Positions 58,237-59,855 of a stretch of DNA of 59,855 nucleotides are shown here, piece after piece. Position 1 is the first letter of the stretch. Each line of letters begins with the position of its first letter. Where the stretch lies: the NCBI GenBank assembly GCA_964612175.1, contig CAZTED010000001.1, positions 2,378-62,232 of the forward strand, given 5' to 3'. The stretch comes from an uncultured Sphingomonadaceae bacterium. Lineage in GTDB: Bacteria; Pseudomonadota; Alphaproteobacteria; Sphingomonadales; Sphingomonadaceae. The notes under the pieces are model-generated. The model saw nothing but the letters and a program-made list of their open reading frames with translations, was not told the DNA's origin and did no database searches. The position numbers and the translations under genes are program-made.

Positions 58237-59523
58237 TCAGTCGCCGCCCAGTTCGCGGTGGCGCGCCATCATCGTCACGGCCTTTTCCGCCAGTTGTTCG
58301 GGCACCGGGGGATAGAGCGGCAGCGGACGGTCCTTGCTGGGCAAGGCGATGGTCGCGGTGGCCTTGACCGTTTCCTCGTCGCGCTGGTTGGTGAAGCGGA
58401 CCGCCACATCGACCACTTCGTTGCCATGTTCGGTGCGCTTGCCGGTGATCTCGCCGGTCACCTTCTGGACGTCGCCCATGTAGTTGAACTTGCGGATCTC
58501 GTCATGGACGTGGGTGATGATGGCATCGTCCCCGGCCCAGTCGTTGAGATAGCTCCACAGGTAGTTCTCGCGCATGACCCCGTAGTCATAGGCCATCGGA
58601 TTGCCGATCGCCTGGGCCCAGACCGGATCCCAGTGCAGGCGCTGGGCAACGTCAGGCACGCCATATTCGTTCTTCACGTAGAACGGCGCGATACGCTTGC
58701 GGTTCTTGTGGGCGCGGCGGCCGACGGTCGGCGCATAGGGAACGAAGCCATAGCCGCCAGCGTGGAAGCAGACCACGTCGGTGACGGTCAGCGGGCCCTT
58801 GGCCTGGAGGCCAAGCGAATCGCCCACCGAAACGGAATCGGCCCAGCGCTTCTCGCCGCCCTGGATCGTTTCGGCCGCATAGATGTCCTCGATCGCCTGG
58901 AATTCCTCGTCGGTCCAGACCTTGGGCTCGATCGCGGAATACTTGCCCTTCTTGGCGGCGGTCTTGCGCTCGGTCAGCACGCTCAGCACGCGGTAGACCG
59001 AAACCACGTCGCCGCGCTGGTTCATGTTCACGTGGCGACGCACGTTGATCACCGAACGGCCGGCAAATTCCGACTGCTTGACCTCGCAGCTTTCCTCGCC
59101 GGAGAAGGTGTAGATCGTGTCGCCGGGATAGACCGCGCGGTAGAAATCCCACTTCGAACCCGAAACGAACACGTGGATGCCGCGAAACAGGCTCTTCTTC
59201 AGGGCCCGGATGTGATCGGGGGTGGGATCGCCCAGCAGGGGCTTGCCCACCTGGCCAACCATCATGCCCGGCGCGATCACGTCGCCCCAACGGGTCTTCC
59301 GGGCATAATTGGGATCGGTGAACAGCGGATTGTCATCGCCGCAGCCATAGGCCCAGTTGCGAATCGAATCGTGGCTCAGCGTCTGGACATACTGGGCCAT
59401 CTTGCCCGGCTCTTCGAAGCCGATCAGCTGCTTCTGCCGCTCAATATCTGAGTCCTGGATCTCGTAAGCGATGGCTTTCTGCCATTCTTCGCTCTGCTTG
59501 ATGTCGTCTGCCTTGGCAACCAT
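58237..59523 (-). CDS. Double-hotdog MaoC/FAS1-like dehydratase
   Basis: GDDNPLFTD, RWGDVIAP, HWD...A...G...AYDYG and FNYMGD motifs. Confidence 0.82.
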   Translation of the reverse strand: MVAKADDIKQSEEWQKAIAYEIQDSDIERQKQLIGFEEPGKMAQYVQTLSHDSIRNWAYGCGDDNPLFTDPNYARKTRWGDVIAPGMMVGQVGKPLLGDPTPDHIRALKKSLFRGIHVFVSGSKWDFYRAVYPGDTIYTFSGEESCEVKQSEFAGRSVINVRRHVNMNQRGDVVSVYRVLSVLTERKTAAKKGKYSAIEPKVWTDEEFQAIEDIYAAETIQGGEKRWADSVSVGDSLGLQAKGPLTVTDVVCFHAGGYGFVPYAPTVGRRAHKNRKRIAPFYVKNEYGVPDVAQRLHWDPVWAQAIGNPMAYDYGVMRENYLWSYLNDWAGDDAIITHVHDEIRKFNYMGDVQKVTGEITGKRTEHGNEVVDVAVRFTNQRDEETVKATATIALPSKDRPLPLYPPVPEQLAEKAVTMMARHRELGGD

Positions 59524-59687
59524 TCGCCCGCTCCTGCAAAAATCGTATAACTAGTTAATATCTAAAAAGACCGGAATGACAAGCCCGGTCTGCGGCTCAT
59601 GCAAGAGCCCCCGAAGGGTTGCCGCCGGTCCGGCACCGGATGGTCAGGCAGGGGCCTTCGCCAGATTGACGCGAGGCGGCGAACCCA

Positions 59688-59855
59688 TCACTCGAGCATG
59701 CTCTTGTATTTCTGCGTGAAGATGTCGCGCCCGATGATCAGGCGCATGACCTCGCTCGATCCTGCGAGGATCCGGTTGACCCGCGCATCGGTGAACATCC
59801 GGCTGATCGGATACTCGTCCATGAACCCGGCCCCGCCGTGCAGCTGGACCCCAAG
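59688..59855 (-). CDS. Acyl-CoA dehydrogenase, C-terminal end (partial)
   Basis: VQLHGGAGFMDEYPISRMFTDARVNRILAGSSEVMRLIIGR; runs off the right edge. Confidence 0.9.
   Translation of the reverse strand, partial: LGVQLHGGAGFMDEYPISRMFTDARVNRILAGSSEVMRLIIGRDIFTQKYKSMLE

Overview
GC-rich alphaproteobacterial window; gene content looks sphingomonad (inference). From left to right: the 5' part of a large autotransporter-repeat protein gene (minus strand, runs off the window and is absent from the ORF track); tRNA-Gly(CCC); an fba / CbbY-like HAD / dhaL / dhaK operon; cysD-cysNC-cysQ; a phosphate-scavenging unit (TonB receptor, phytase, MgtC, PhoX-like); a persulfide-detox unit (MBL dioxygenase, two YeeE/YedE, SulP, peroxiredoxin, cysteine-free ArsR); a TonB-dependent receptor fused through about 31 prolines to an OmpA domain; and a long catabolic region. 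The best candidate for an undescribed system is at 38851-49788. It holds nickel-pincer nucleotide (NPN) cofactor genes (larE, larB, N-terminal-only larC, nadD, a degenerate nadC/modD-like gene, a Ni permease) linked to two divergent paralogous three-gene modules around a TetR gene and a palindromic operator. Each module encodes an Fe-S polyferredoxin, a highly divergent LarA-like protein and a MocF/CinA-like protein. The LarA-like proteins keep the Lys-x15-His cofactor-binding spacing but appear to lack the racemase His pair, which suggests NPN-dependent redox chemistry. All calls come from reading motifs by eye; no database searches were run.
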